Origin: Candidatus Woesearchaeota archaeon
GTDB taxonomy: Archaea > Nanobdellota > Nanobdellia > Woesearchaeales > GW2011-AR9
Length of the DNA: 64,000 nucleotides
Direction: 5' to 3'
NCBI GenBank assembly: GCA_018676855.1
Contig: JABHDY010000004.1
Location: 28,972-92,971, forward strand
Position numbers and translations under genes: made by a program. Numbering within the stretch: the stretch's first letter is position 1; the number at the start of each line of letters is the position of its first letter. The notes beneath the pieces were generated by a model that saw only the letters and a program-made list of their open reading frames with translations, did no database searches and was not told the DNA's origin. Shown piece by piece: positions 28,804 through 38,233 of this stretch.

Positions 28804-29712
28804 TTAAGGAGAATACTGATTTCCTGAACCATTATTACCTTTAGAACGTGACCTAAAAAAGAACACAAGGATAAGTATTGCAACAAGTAATAAAATAATG
28901 CCGGCAACATAATACCATGTGGAAACACCTTCTGAAACGTCTTTATCGTCTTCAACTACGTCCCTCGTAGTAGAAGGAATTACTGATGGAGCAGTTCTTC
29001 CCGAAACTGTACCGCACACTTTCGTTTCTGCAGGTTGTGGAAATTGTGTAACTGAACTAATGGTTCCAGCAGACAACTGTGCATCACAATCGTCTGATCT
29101 TTGACATGAACGTGTTTGTATTTCATTTGAACATGAACTCCACGACGTACAGTCCCATACATACACACATGCAGGAAGGGTTTGCGGTTGATCAGGCAGT
29201 GTACCCGCCACGCACGTTTTCTGTTCAGTTTTTGTTAACTCATCAGTATCACATTCGTTAACATCGGTACATGTACGTGTTTGTGTTGCAGCAACACAAG
29301 ATAACCATTCGTCACAGTCCCATCGTTGATCACATGTAATGACTGATGATGAAGTACTAACGTCATGCCGCGTTACACCCCACGATTCATATTCAAGAGT
29401 ATCAATAAGTGTATCGTCAACATAAAAAGCAATGGTATTACCATCTTCACCATGTACACGAAGGTAATTAGTAACATCATTTCCGTACTTTCCCGTGCAC
29501 GGATTTGTATCGCACGTTACAATAGAAATTGATGAGGAATATTCAACACCGTTAACAGACGCAACCACATTTTCTGGAACGTCAGAATCTAAGTCCCACG
29601 TTACACGACCATAAAACTGATGATGTTCGATTGACGGTGGTTCTGCCGCAATTACCATTACGGGAACAAGAAGTGTACATAATAATATCCACAATAATAT
29701 GTTCAGTTTCAT
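28804..29712 (-). CDS. Secreted, membrane-anchored protein with two TSP1-like Cys/Trp repeats
   Basis: Signal peptide, HQFYGRV N-terminal domain, WDCDEWLSC..QTRTC and WDCTSWSSC..QTRSC, C-terminal TM. ATGA overlap with the upstream gene. Confidence 0.8.
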   Translation of the reverse strand: MKLNILLWILLCTLLVPVMVIAAEPPSIEHHQFYGRVTWDLDSDVPENVVASVNGVEYSSSISIVTCDTNPCTGKYGNDVTNYLRVHGEDGNTIAFYVDDTLIDTLEYESWGVTRHDVSTSSSVITCDQRWDCDEWLSCVAATQTRTCTDVNECDTDELTKTEQKTCVAGTLPDQPQTLPACVYVWDCTSWSSCSNEIQTRSCQRSDDCDAQLSAGTISSVTQFPQPAETKVCGTVSGRTAPSVIPSTTRDVVEDDKDVSEGVSTWYYVAGIILLLVAILILVFFFRSRSKGNNGSGNQYSP

Positions 29713-31052
29713 TCTACAAATACCCAATATGCTTTACCTGGTTCTAACATAGTTATACCAGATTCTTTAACATCATTATCTTTAATAACATACATTTCGG
29801 TAATTTCTAATTCTTCACCGACGTTCAAATCTTCAATTGACATTCGTTCAAATCCCGGAATGCCGATAAGGTTCCAACCCTCTTGTACAGATACAAGTTC
29901 GTTAAACGGATTATGTGAAGCAGTAAAATAGTCGTTACATTCTTCAGTAAAAGAAAATGTATCTACACCGTCTTTTAACCTAATGTAATATCCTTTATCT
30001 TGTTTCAAGTTAGTAATCTCTGACGTACCACTCCATAAGTCAGGAATTGTACGTGCTAAAACCTGTTCAGTTTCATCCCATGAATATATTCCCTTAACTT
30101 TATCTTCAAAGTCGGTACTTCCTATCACACTTCTTCCAACATCGCAGGAAGGTGAAAATGCTTGCATGCGTAAACCGCCAGTAAAGTTAAATGTTATTTC
30201 GTACTGATCGTACGTTGCCTGTTCAACTTTTGTTAATGTCATAAGTGGAAAATTGTCTTCTTGTAACGTTGCAACGATTGATCCAACAGAAAAGAGAAAG
30301 TCACGTTCCGTTTCTTCACCATTAACATCGGCAATAACTGTTATTCGATACACGCCAACATCGTCAGGTGTAAATGTAAGGCCTTTTAATACATGGGCAG
30401 TAGAGGGTTCGTCTTCAGTGATATCATAAAATTCTGAATCAGAAAGTTGTGTACCGTCATTCTTATACGCAGTTACAGTTGCAAGTGGAGTACTTTCAAC
30501 TTTTACGTACCGTTCAATAACGTCATCAGGGGAAACAGCTGACAGTTCAGATTCAACAGGTGTGCCATCAATGTCTAACAATGAAATTATTGCTGCGGAA
30601 GGTTCATCATATACAATGTTTCGTACAGTTAATTCGCTCCCGTCGTACGACAGTTCAATGTCAGGAACATTATCAAAATCTAAATAGATGTTTCCTGAAG
30701 TACGTAGGCCATTACCAAGAAGACCTTCAAACAATCTTGTTCCGCTTAAACTGACACTATAATTGATCATACTATAATCGGTATCTTCAAACGGAAATAC
30801 CTCAATATGATATTCACGTTGAACTCCCTGTGAAGGAACTAAAGAAATGTCCCATGAAGTAACGAACTGGACAGAAATTGATGCTGATTCTGTCACGTTA
30901 AGATCTATCGGACCAATAGGTGGCGTTGTATATGCTTGACCTGTCGGCCGTAAGAATACTGCTAGTAATACGACAACAACAAGTAATGCTGCACCAATAA
31001 GTACTTTAGGTACAATGTTTTTCATTTTGCTGTTTGATTTTTTTGTTGTCAT
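29709..31052 (-). CDS. Surface protein with C-terminal GWNLIGIP...PGKAYWV domain
   Basis: N-terminal TM plus PTGQAY; the GWNL..P / G.AYWV motif is common in archaeal surface proteins. ATGA overlaps with both neighbours. Confidence 0.8.
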   Translation of the reverse strand: MTTKKSNSKMKNIVPKVLIGAALLVVVVLLAVFLRPTGQAYTTPPIGPIDLNVTESASISVQFVTSWDISLVPSQGVQREYHIEVFPFEDTDYSMINYSVSLSGTRLFEGLLGNGLRTSGNIYLDFDNVPDIELSYDGSELTVRNIVYDEPSAAIISLLDIDGTPVESELSAVSPDDVIERYVKVESTPLATVTAYKNDGTQLSDSEFYDITEDEPSTAHVLKGLTFTPDDVGVYRITVIADVNGEETERDFLFSVGSIVATLQEDNFPLMTLTKVEQATYDQYEITFNFTGGLRMQAFSPSCDVGRSVIGSTDFEDKVKGIYSWDETEQVLARTIPDLWSGTSEITNLKQDKGYYIRLKDGVDTFSFTEECNDYFTASHNPFNELVSVQEGWNLIGIPGFERMSIEDLNVGEELEITEMYVIKDNDVKESGITMLEPGKAYWVFVE

Positions 31053-34000
31053 TTTTGTATATGGATAGTTGGAATGTCAGCATCTAACACGTGAATCTTT
31101 ACCACATTACCGTTAGAGAGTAAAACGTGCCTTTCTTCATCAACGGGAAGGTTGCTAACATAAATTAGTTTACCCTCTTCAGTTATTGTAACTTTAACAA
31201 AGTCCGATATGCTAGGACTTTCATCGACGGATAAGCTATACACATGGCCGTCAATGTTTGTCATGAACGATGTTGGTTGTTGTTCTTCAGTAACGTTAAA
31301 TCCTATAAGTGTTAATAATGAACGTTGTAAAGGTTCAATGTCAAGATCTATTCTAAAATCTTCACTCTCGCCAACAAACTTTTTTTGAAACGCAAGCACA
31401 CCATTATCAAAAACTATTGTTCCTGCTTCTCTTCCTTCCGCTTCTGATGTTGTCGTGTTCATTTGTATGGTACTAAATGAACTCGCGCGTGGTAATTCTA
31501 CTAGCTGGAATGTATCTAATGTTTGTGAACCCTCTAATTCGAACCACGTATCTTCCCAGAAAATTGCGGGATTTCGATTATTTTGAAGATTATCTGTAAT
31601 TGCTAACCAATCAAACGTTTCTGTATGATCGTCTGTAAGATTCATAGTATGTTTAAACGTGACAACTTTTTGTCCTTCAGTATTTTTCCCATGGTATTGA
31701 ACAAGGACTCCAGAGATATAACTTGAATATAATACGTCTCTATCAAGAGTGAGGTCAATTTCATTTGAACTACATAAACCAACAAAATCAACTAACGTAG
31801 CCGCTGCAGCACTGTCACAAATTTCATACGTATTGCTTCCAATCTGAATATTATTTCGCTGACCGTTAACACCTGCAAGTAATGTTGCTGAAAAATTTTC
31901 TCGTGGAGAGAATGTTCCCGTTGAAATTGCTGCAAGTTCAAGCTCACTCGTAACGTCTGATAAAGAGATGCCCGTAAATGTAATCTCACGAACATCACCG
32001 GTCTGAACTTTAGCTTCAATCCTTCGTTCACCAAGATCAAAGACAAGATCAAGACCGCTCATTGTTGGAGCAATAGGGTTAGAACCGTCAACATTTGTAA
32101 TACGCATTTTACTTAATTCAAACCCTTCAGCCTCTGTTCCTGTCCAAGGATCAGCATATGTTAAAAGATAATATTGATCGTCTAATCCGAATGCTAACCG
32201 TTTTCCTTTTACTAGTGGAAGGATAAAATTAGTATCAGTAAATTCGTGTGTGTATGGACCATTTCGTAAATTACTATAAAAGAATACATGAGCATATTTA
32301 TTGAATGTATTTAGTGCTCCAGATATACCACCATTCGTAAAATCTGAGTAATAGAACAAGACTTTACCATTATGTTCAAAGTTAGGCTTCGCGTCACTAA
32401 AATTTAATTCAACTAGAACACCATTATAATTTATTTGCATTATATCTTTAAGGATGTTAATGTCACTCGGATCAATTTTAATTTTCCTATAGGCTTCACT
32501 ATCACGGAAATTTAATATATCAACTTGACTGTACGTGCTAATATATGTTTCAAACTCGTTCTCTAAATCGACCTGTTTCGTCGTTGTTGTTTTTGCACTA
32601 AAATCGTAATTAAGTTCCGGTTCAAGATCAAGTTTAATATTAATTTGTTTTCCTAAAGGCAAATTAAAGACAACTTCTGATTGGTCTCCCTCGGCCACAT
32701 ATTCAGGAAAACCGGGTTCAGTAATGTCTCTCAATTTTAATGTCGTAAGGTCAAGATAATTTGATAAACTATTCATCCTTATCACATAATCATGTCCCTC
32801 ATAACTAAGGGCCATACGTTTTCCCGCAACCATGTTTGTTGCAAAAATTGTTGCAAATTCATTTTGAATATCTGTCACGTCTCTCCTATATAACACACTA
32901 CCTTCTTTTGTTTGGTCTGGTGCAGGTTGTTCATACCAGAAAAGAACATTTTCTAGTGTGCTTGCTTTTTTATTTTGTATATTAAGTATTTGTGATTCCC
33001 TGTCACATACAGTCAGAGCTGAAAGGACTGGAGGATCGTTACTACATACACTAACAAATCCAAGATTGTTCGTTGCAACATCAAGAATGATGTCTTTTGA
33101 AAAAGATTCTTCATATGTTTGTGCAAGATCAACTTGATCCTCACCGACAGTTGTTCCTATCCTAATCTCTTCTTGCGTTTTTGTTAATCTAAAAATAACA
33201 CCCCCATCTCCAACAACTATTGGACGGGCAACGAAAAAAATCTCCTCTGTTTCTTGTTCATCAATGAAAAAATTACCTCCAAAAAAATTACCAACTATCG
33301 GATTAGGAGTTACATCCGTAGTAGCAGTTGAACCGCCGAAACTTCTCCCATCAATAGTAAAAATGACATCAGATTCATCACCAAATACGCCCATTGTATG
33401 CTCAACACCATTAGAGACAAATGTTTGAGAATTGTCAGATAGAAGAACCCCCGTCCAAGCCATGTTAGTTTGATCAAAATCGATAACTGTTGTTACTGAG
33501 AACAGAATTGATTTGTCTAAGTAGGGAGATGCCAGAAGAACTGATAAATATGCATCTGTTATTGTATCACCATCAAGATCTAATGGAAATTGTTCCTGTG
33601 AAAACGCATACTTGTCTTCCGGATCAACTGTTAATGTAATGTCAAACGCTGGACCTGCTGATGACACACTAAGTGTAACAGCTCCCGCTTCAGTAGGATT
33701 GGCCATTTTTATTTGAAATATTGTATCTCCGTACCTAAAGAAAGACTTTTGAGTTGTAATTGATAGAAATCCAAAGTATCCTTGTTTCTCAATTATATCA
33801 ACAGGATCTGCTGCGGTACTTCCACCATTCGGAAGAACCCCTATCCCTTCGAGAACGAAACCATTGAAAATTCCTTGAGGATTCTCAAATTCTTCTTTTG
33901 GAACATCAAATAACCATTTATTATTTTTACAGAACATTGATGATACTGAATCATCACATACGTGCCATTGAGTTGCATCGCAAAAATAAGAATTATCGTC

Positions 34001-34681
34001 TTCATAAATACCAAAAAAGTTAGAATCACAAACATGCCATTGATTTTCTGAACATAAAAATTTGTTACCTACATCCGATGGAAGATTTTGATAGATTCCC
34101 GGAATTTGTGTGTCGTCACATTCAACAGTAATTGTTGCATGTACATCTGGATCAATGTTATTAGAGACACAAAGTTCTTTTTTAGTAGATACATACTTAG
34201 AAAACAAAGAGCCAACACTATAACAGTATGTTCCAGAAGTTAAAGAAGAAGCTTGATATTCTTCAAATGTCATCTGTGGCTTTGGACCAATGCAAAAATC
34301 GCCTCGTTGTGGACAACAATATCCAGGCGCAGTTCCCCCAGATGCTAAATTAACTCCATCACCATCAATGGCATTTTGAAGAGTATATTTATGTGTTTTT
34401 TCAATACCTCTTTGAGAACAAGAATCTTCACCAAAAACAGCTTCAACAACAGCCAATGGTTCATTAGTACTTCCCCAATAATCCCCTACTGGTGCAGGTT
34501 GTCCCGCTTGCCATATAGCCTGACCAACAACCCCATCTTTAACAAATGGATACAGAACAGCAACTGCAACTACTAAAACAATTAAACCAACCCATAATGC
34601 AGTAAGTTTCTTTTTATGTTCAGAATGATGCTCACTAGGAGAAGAACGTTTCAGTTTAGCACTATCTTTTTTAACCATCAA
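31049..34681 (-). CDS. 1210-aa surface protein with three internal ~200-aa repeats
   Basis: N-terminal TM plus VVGQAI; Cys-rich WHVCD motifs; repeated QVDL...GKR[ML]A blocks. Confidence 0.8.
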   Translation of the reverse strand: MMVKKDSAKLKRSSPSEHHSEHKKKLTALWVGLIVLVVAVAVLYPFVKDGVVGQAIWQAGQPAPVGDYWGSTNEPLAVVEAVFGEDSCSQRGIEKTHKYTLQNAIDGDGVNLASGGTAPGYCCPQRGDFCIGPKPQMTFEEYQASSLTSGTYCYSVGSLFSKYVSTKKELCVSNNIDPDVHATITVECDDTQIPGIYQNLPSDVGNKFLCSENQWHVCDSNFFGIYEDDNSYFCDATQWHVCDDSVSSMFCKNNKWLFDVPKEEFENPQGIFNGFVLEGIGVLPNGGSTAADPVDIIEKQGYFGFLSITTQKSFFRYGDTIFQIKMANPTEAGAVTLSVSSAGPAFDITLTVDPEDKYAFSQEQFPLDLDGDTITDAYLSVLLASPYLDKSILFSVTTVIDFDQTNMAWTGVLLSDNSQTFVSNGVEHTMGVFGDESDVIFTIDGRSFGGSTATTDVTPNPIVGNFFGGNFFIDEQETEEIFFVARPIVVGDGGVIFRLTKTQEEIRIGTTVGEDQVDLAQTYEESFSKDIILDVATNNLGFVSVCSNDPPVLSALTVCDRESQILNIQNKKASTLENVLFWYEQPAPDQTKEGSVLYRRDVTDIQNEFATIFATNMVAGKRMALSYEGHDYVIRMNSLSNYLDLTTLKLRDITEPGFPEYVAEGDQSEVVFNLPLGKQINIKLDLEPELNYDFSAKTTTTKQVDLENEFETYISTYSQVDILNFRDSEAYRKIKIDPSDINILKDIMQINYNGVLVELNFSDAKPNFEHNGKVLFYYSDFTNGGISGALNTFNKYAHVFFYSNLRNGPYTHEFTDTNFILPLVKGKRLAFGLDDQYYLLTYADPWTGTEAEGFELSKMRITNVDGSNPIAPTMSGLDLVFDLGERRIEAKVQTGDVREITFTGISLSDVTSELELAAISTGTFSPRENFSATLLAGVNGQRNNIQIGSNTYEICDSAAAATLVDFVGLCSSNEIDLTLDRDVLYSSYISGVLVQYHGKNTEGQKVVTFKHTMNLTDDHTETFDWLAITDNLQNNRNPAIFWEDTWFELEGSQTLDTFQLVELPRASSFSTIQMNTTTSEAEGREAGTIVFDNGVLAFQKKFVGESEDFRIDLDIEPLQRSLLTLIGFNVTEEQQPTSFMTNIDGHVYSLSVDESPSISDFVKVTITEEGKLIYVSNLPVDEERHVLLSNGNVVKIHVLDADIPTIHIQK

Positions 34682-34758
34682 TACACACTCTTTTATTGTA
34701 GAGAACTAATTTGTTTCTCTTTATATACTTTACTATTACACGAACGTAATAGAATTGA

Positions 34759-35883
34759 CTATCGTGACCGAGAAGGAGATGCAGATTCTTTCTTAAGGTA
34801 CGCAACTATAGACATTTTTTCTAACAAACTTTGTGAACTTTTTTTCCACATAGAATTTATTGAAGTGAGAAGTGTATCGTCGGTAACACGGACATCAATA
34901 CAACGCGTATTTTCTTTAATGGGTAATTTTCCAACGTCACAATTTTCAAACTTACACATTGGATCTCGTAAACATGCAACATCATCACAGTCAACTTTAC
35001 CATTACCATCATTATCTATTCTATCACCACATTTTTCAAAAACTAAACATTCAGAAGATCCCGTTACTGCCCAACAGATAGAATTTCTCACTATCTTCCG
35101 CGCATCAGTATTATACAATTCCCATTTATAATCGTCCATAAAGAATCCAAGATGAACAAACTTGCCAGGATTTCTACCAAAATCTGTAACGCCACTCTCT
35201 AACGCAAAACCTGAAATTGAGGAAGGTAATGCCCTTGACTCTGCAGTCGAACCAGAATGTGAATTTCCAGGACCAAACAACGCAACATATTCGGTTTCAT
35301 AAATGTTATTCGTATTAATGTACCCAACATAAAGAGGTTTACGAGTTGCTTGTAATCTCACTTCGTCGCTAAATTCTTTCATGATATCGTGCGTAGTATC
35401 AACTGAACCGATAGACGTTTTAAAATTGTCATCAGCGCCCACACCGTTCGTTATTTCTAAAGAACTAGAAGTATATGCACGATGCGCAACACTAATTATA
35501 GGTACACCATTATTCCTGTACGCTTCTTTAAGTATATTATCTCTTACTTTAAGTACATTTGAACATGCCAGATAATGACCAGCACAAACAACAGCACTAT
35601 ACCCATTAAATGAAGTAACTTTTCCACCACCTAATGCATACAATTCGCCGCCAACGAGGTACATACGGGTAACATCAAACCCTTCATCAACCAAATATTC
35701 TCGTATATAATCTGTATATGTACATCCCTGATTATAACAAATAAAAGCAAGATTGATTTGTCCTCCCCGTGAAACGGCCATACCAGTGACATTATTAGAA
35801 AAAGAAAAAAAGATGAAAGAGAAAGCAATAACTGTGATTGCTATACCTACAACTAACCAAATGCGGTTTCTATCAACACTCAT
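34759..35883 (-). CDS. Secreted protein with alpha/beta (GATase-like?) domain, Ca-binding Cys motif and shared C-terminal module
   Basis: N-terminal TM plus VTGMAV; DNDGNGKVDCDDVAC; ends LLEKMSIVAYLKKES. Confidence 0.75.
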   Translation of the reverse strand: MSVDRNRIWLVVGIAITVIAFSFIFFSFSNNVTGMAVSRGGQINLAFICYNQGCTYTDYIREYLVDEGFDVTRMYLVGGELYALGGGKVTSFNGYSAVVCAGHYLACSNVLKVRDNILKEAYRNNGVPIISVAHRAYTSSSLEITNGVGADDNFKTSIGSVDTTHDIMKEFSDEVRLQATRKPLYVGYINTNNIYETEYVALFGPGNSHSGSTAESRALPSSISGFALESGVTDFGRNPGKFVHLGFFMDDYKWELYNTDARKIVRNSICWAVTGSSECLVFEKCGDRIDNDGNGKVDCDDVACLRDPMCKFENCDVGKLPIKENTRCIDVRVTDDTLLTSINSMWKKSSQSLLEKMSIVAYLKKESASPSRSR

Positions 35884-35950
35884 TTTTTGTACACTCTTAC
35901 TAAACAGAAATAGTATTTCACTTATATATTTGTCGATATTAAAAAAAGTG

Positions 35951-36033
35951 CGCCACGGACCGGATTTGAACCGGCGATTCCAGAAGGAACGGGATTAGCA
36001 ATCCCGCGCAATACCGAGCTATGCGACCGTGGC
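35951..36033 (-). tRNA. tRNA-Ser(GCT)
   Basis: Acceptor GCCACGG/CCGTGGC-G; anticodon arm CGGGA-TTGCTAA-TCCCG; long variable arm; GGTTCAAATCC. CCA not encoded. Confidence 0.95.
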
Positions 36034-36127
36034 ATGAGTGTAATGAATTTATCTTAGTTATTATATAAACCTTACTACTTTCTTAAAGAATTAAACTAAT
36101 AAAGAAATAAAAATTGTAAAAAGAAAA

Positions 36128-36514
36128 TTATTCAACATTACTTTGTCGATGAATTCGACCAAAGTATGGTACTGCAACAACGTAATCTTCGCCAAAGCCA
36201 GCAATATCGCCGTCAATTGCATCGCACGTTTTTCGCAGTTTAGAAATTGCACGTTTTAATTCAACAAGATCTTTGTCTTTAAGAGGCTTGATATTTATCA
36301 ATGCAACTGTTGACCCTTCACGAAGAACGTCAAGAACCTCTTTAATATCTTCAAACTCTTCCATTACGAATGGTCGTACAAGAACCTTAGACCGGTCCTC
36401 TTTCTGTGACTCTGAATCGAGTTCTACATACTCTTCTGGCTGCTGTTCAAGGTTTTCCTCCTCGTCCATTGGCCGAGCAAATTTGTCTTTTAATTGTAAA
36501 AAAAAATCCTTCAT
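36128..36514 (-). CDS. sepF: Cell division protein SepF
   Basis: EEYVELD N-region; VLDVLREGSTVALINIKPL...LKRAISKLRKTCDAIDGDIAG....VVAVP. Confidence 0.88.
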   Translation of the reverse strand: MKDFFLQLKDKFARPMDEEENLEQQPEEYVELDSESQKEDRSKVLVRPFVMEEFEDIKEVLDVLREGSTVALINIKPLKDKDLVELKRAISKLRKTCDAIDGDIAGFGEDYVVAVPYFGRIHRQSNVE

Positions 36515-36541
36515 TTTGACACCCTCACGTTTTGATTATGA

Positions 36542-36639
36542 TAAAAATGCTCCGTTTTATTTCGCATTTTTAGCATGCAAAATTTCACCCTGAAATTTTC
36601 TGCATGACTACTTTAAAGATACACGCCCTCATATATAAA
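36542..36639 (-). promoter_or_regulatory. sepF promoter and structured leader with two inverted repeats
   Basis: TTTATATA at 36639-36632; inverted repeats at 36574-36606 and 36542-36572. Confidence 0.5.
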
Positions 36640-36677
36640 TCTTTTTATTATCGTAAATAAAGCCTGCAGACATCACA

Positions 36678-38099
36678 TTATTTGTTAACAAGGTTGAAAA
36701 TGTTTGAATACGATTTTCTCCGTTTCCTTCCCCGCTTATACTCTAATGTTGCTCGCGGTAACCTAAACGTCCCCAAAATGTTAAGTTTTGCTTTAATTTT
36801 GTACGTAATAAGGCGATGTTCATGAACGTCCAGTTCTGCAAGTGACCATATAACCCGTGTATGTTTCTTTGTATGATGAACAGCCTTTGGTTGTAATGTT
36901 CCAAGTTCAAGACTCTTTTTAACATTTGCAATTGCAGGAACAAAATCTGTTATATGGACATCTTTTATAGCTTTTGACGATGTATTCTTTACTTCTATTG
37001 TAACTTTAATTTCAGAGAGTATTCCCTCACCATCTTTTTTTGTTGTTATAGCGGTCTTGCGAAGAGATACTGGAGATCGAACAGCCATATAAAATATAAA
37101 CGTAACAAGGATGATAATTGCAAGGTATAATAACCACCTATAATTTGTAATTACTTGAAATGATCCCGTTTCGTTTGGCCGTAACGAAAATTCTTGCATG
37201 ATAACACGTTCATCATTTTCATTCTTTCCAATGTCAACACCCGCAGTAAATAATGATCCTATAAATGAAACGGGTAATTCTGCAACTTGTGTATTAAGAA
37301 CGTTACCAGGATTCGTAACTGAAACAAACTTAAACGTTTTTAAGAAAATTGTATCTTCTTCAACAGAAACGTCAAACGGTGGAACTACAGACAATACTTC
37401 AATTCGTTGTTCAACAACCTTTGCTGTTTGGCCGTCACGTTCAAACACAAAAAATAATGTATATTTTTTTGGTTGTTGAAATTCGTTAGGGATAATTGTA
37501 AAGTCAACAGTTTTTCTTCCAAGAGGCGGCAAATCAACTATAACTTCTTGAACAAATTCAGGAATGTCACTTTGTATACGTATTTTCAATCCTTTAAGGT
37601 CAAGAGGATTTTTATTTTCAATAAATAATGTTATAGGAACAGGATTTTGTGGAATTATTTTTTCGTCCATATCAACAGTTGCACTTATTGAAGGAAGGTA
37701 ATCTGTGGGAGATTCTGGACTAAGGTACACTTTTAATGCTTCCGTGTACCTTTCACCAAGATCACTTTCTATGGTAACTGAAACATAATAAATTCCTGGC
37801 GGAAAATCTTCGTTTGGTCGAGCATGAATAGTTGTTGTATATGAACCCTTAGCACCAATTTCAATAATTCTATCTTTTAATGGTGAGGGATCAACGCCCC
37901 AACCCTGAACAAAAGAATAGACACTATACCTTTGCTTTTCAAATTCATTATTGGTAATAGTAATTTTATATTGTGCATTTTCGCTAGGTTTAATTTGATT
38001 TTGGATAACTTCAGCATTAATTGTAGAGTCAGCAAGAGTTAGAACTGAAAAGAAACATAATACGAATATGAACATTACTATAAACGATTTTAACTGCAC
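36678..38099 (-). CDS. Membrane protein with Ig-like (NEW3/DUF11-like) domains on both sides of a TM
   Basis: GTG start with SD GAGGTG; signal peptide; YKITITN; TM near aa 330; VTIEVKN...VHITDFVP...ITYKI. Confidence 0.75.
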   Translation of the reverse strand: MQLKSFIVMFIFVLCFFSVLTLADSTINAEVIQNQIKPSENAQYKITITNNEFEKQRYSVYSFVQGWGVDPSPLKDRIIEIGAKGSYTTTIHARPNEDFPPGIYYVSVTIESDLGERYTEALKVYLSPESPTDYLPSISATVDMDEKIIPQNPVPITLFIENKNPLDLKGLKIRIQSDIPEFVQEVIVDLPPLGRKTVDFTIIPNEFQQPKKYTLFFVFERDGQTAKVVEQRIEVLSVVPPFDVSVEEDTIFLKTFKFVSVTNPGNVLNTQVAELPVSFIGSLFTAGVDIGKNENDERVIMQEFSLRPNETGSFQVITNYRWLLYLAIIILVTFIFYMAVRSPVSLRKTAITTKKDGEGILSEIKVTIEVKNTSSKAIKDVHITDFVPAIANVKKSLELGTLQPKAVHHTKKHTRVIWSLAELDVHEHRLITYKIKAKLNILGTFRLPRATLEYKRGRKRRKSYSNIFNLVNK

Positions 38100-38233
38100 T
38101 ATTATCCACCTCTCACCTATGAGAAAATAAAATACTCTAGTATTTAAAATCTTCGCTTTGTGTTTGCTACCAAATACAAAACATTTATATATTATGTTTT
38201 TTTAGTTAGTCTTAAGTTCGAGGAAAAAAAAAG

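Noticed and set aside
21630-35800. GKAI/GQAI motifs read as class III (pilin) signal peptides
   Set aside because: They lie after, not before, the hydrophobic helix, which is the wrong topology for prepilin peptidase cleavage.
35884-36033. tRNA-Ser as integration site of the surface-protein locus
   Set aside because: No integrase and no duplicated tRNA 3' end found near 17800; composition looks like the rest of the window.
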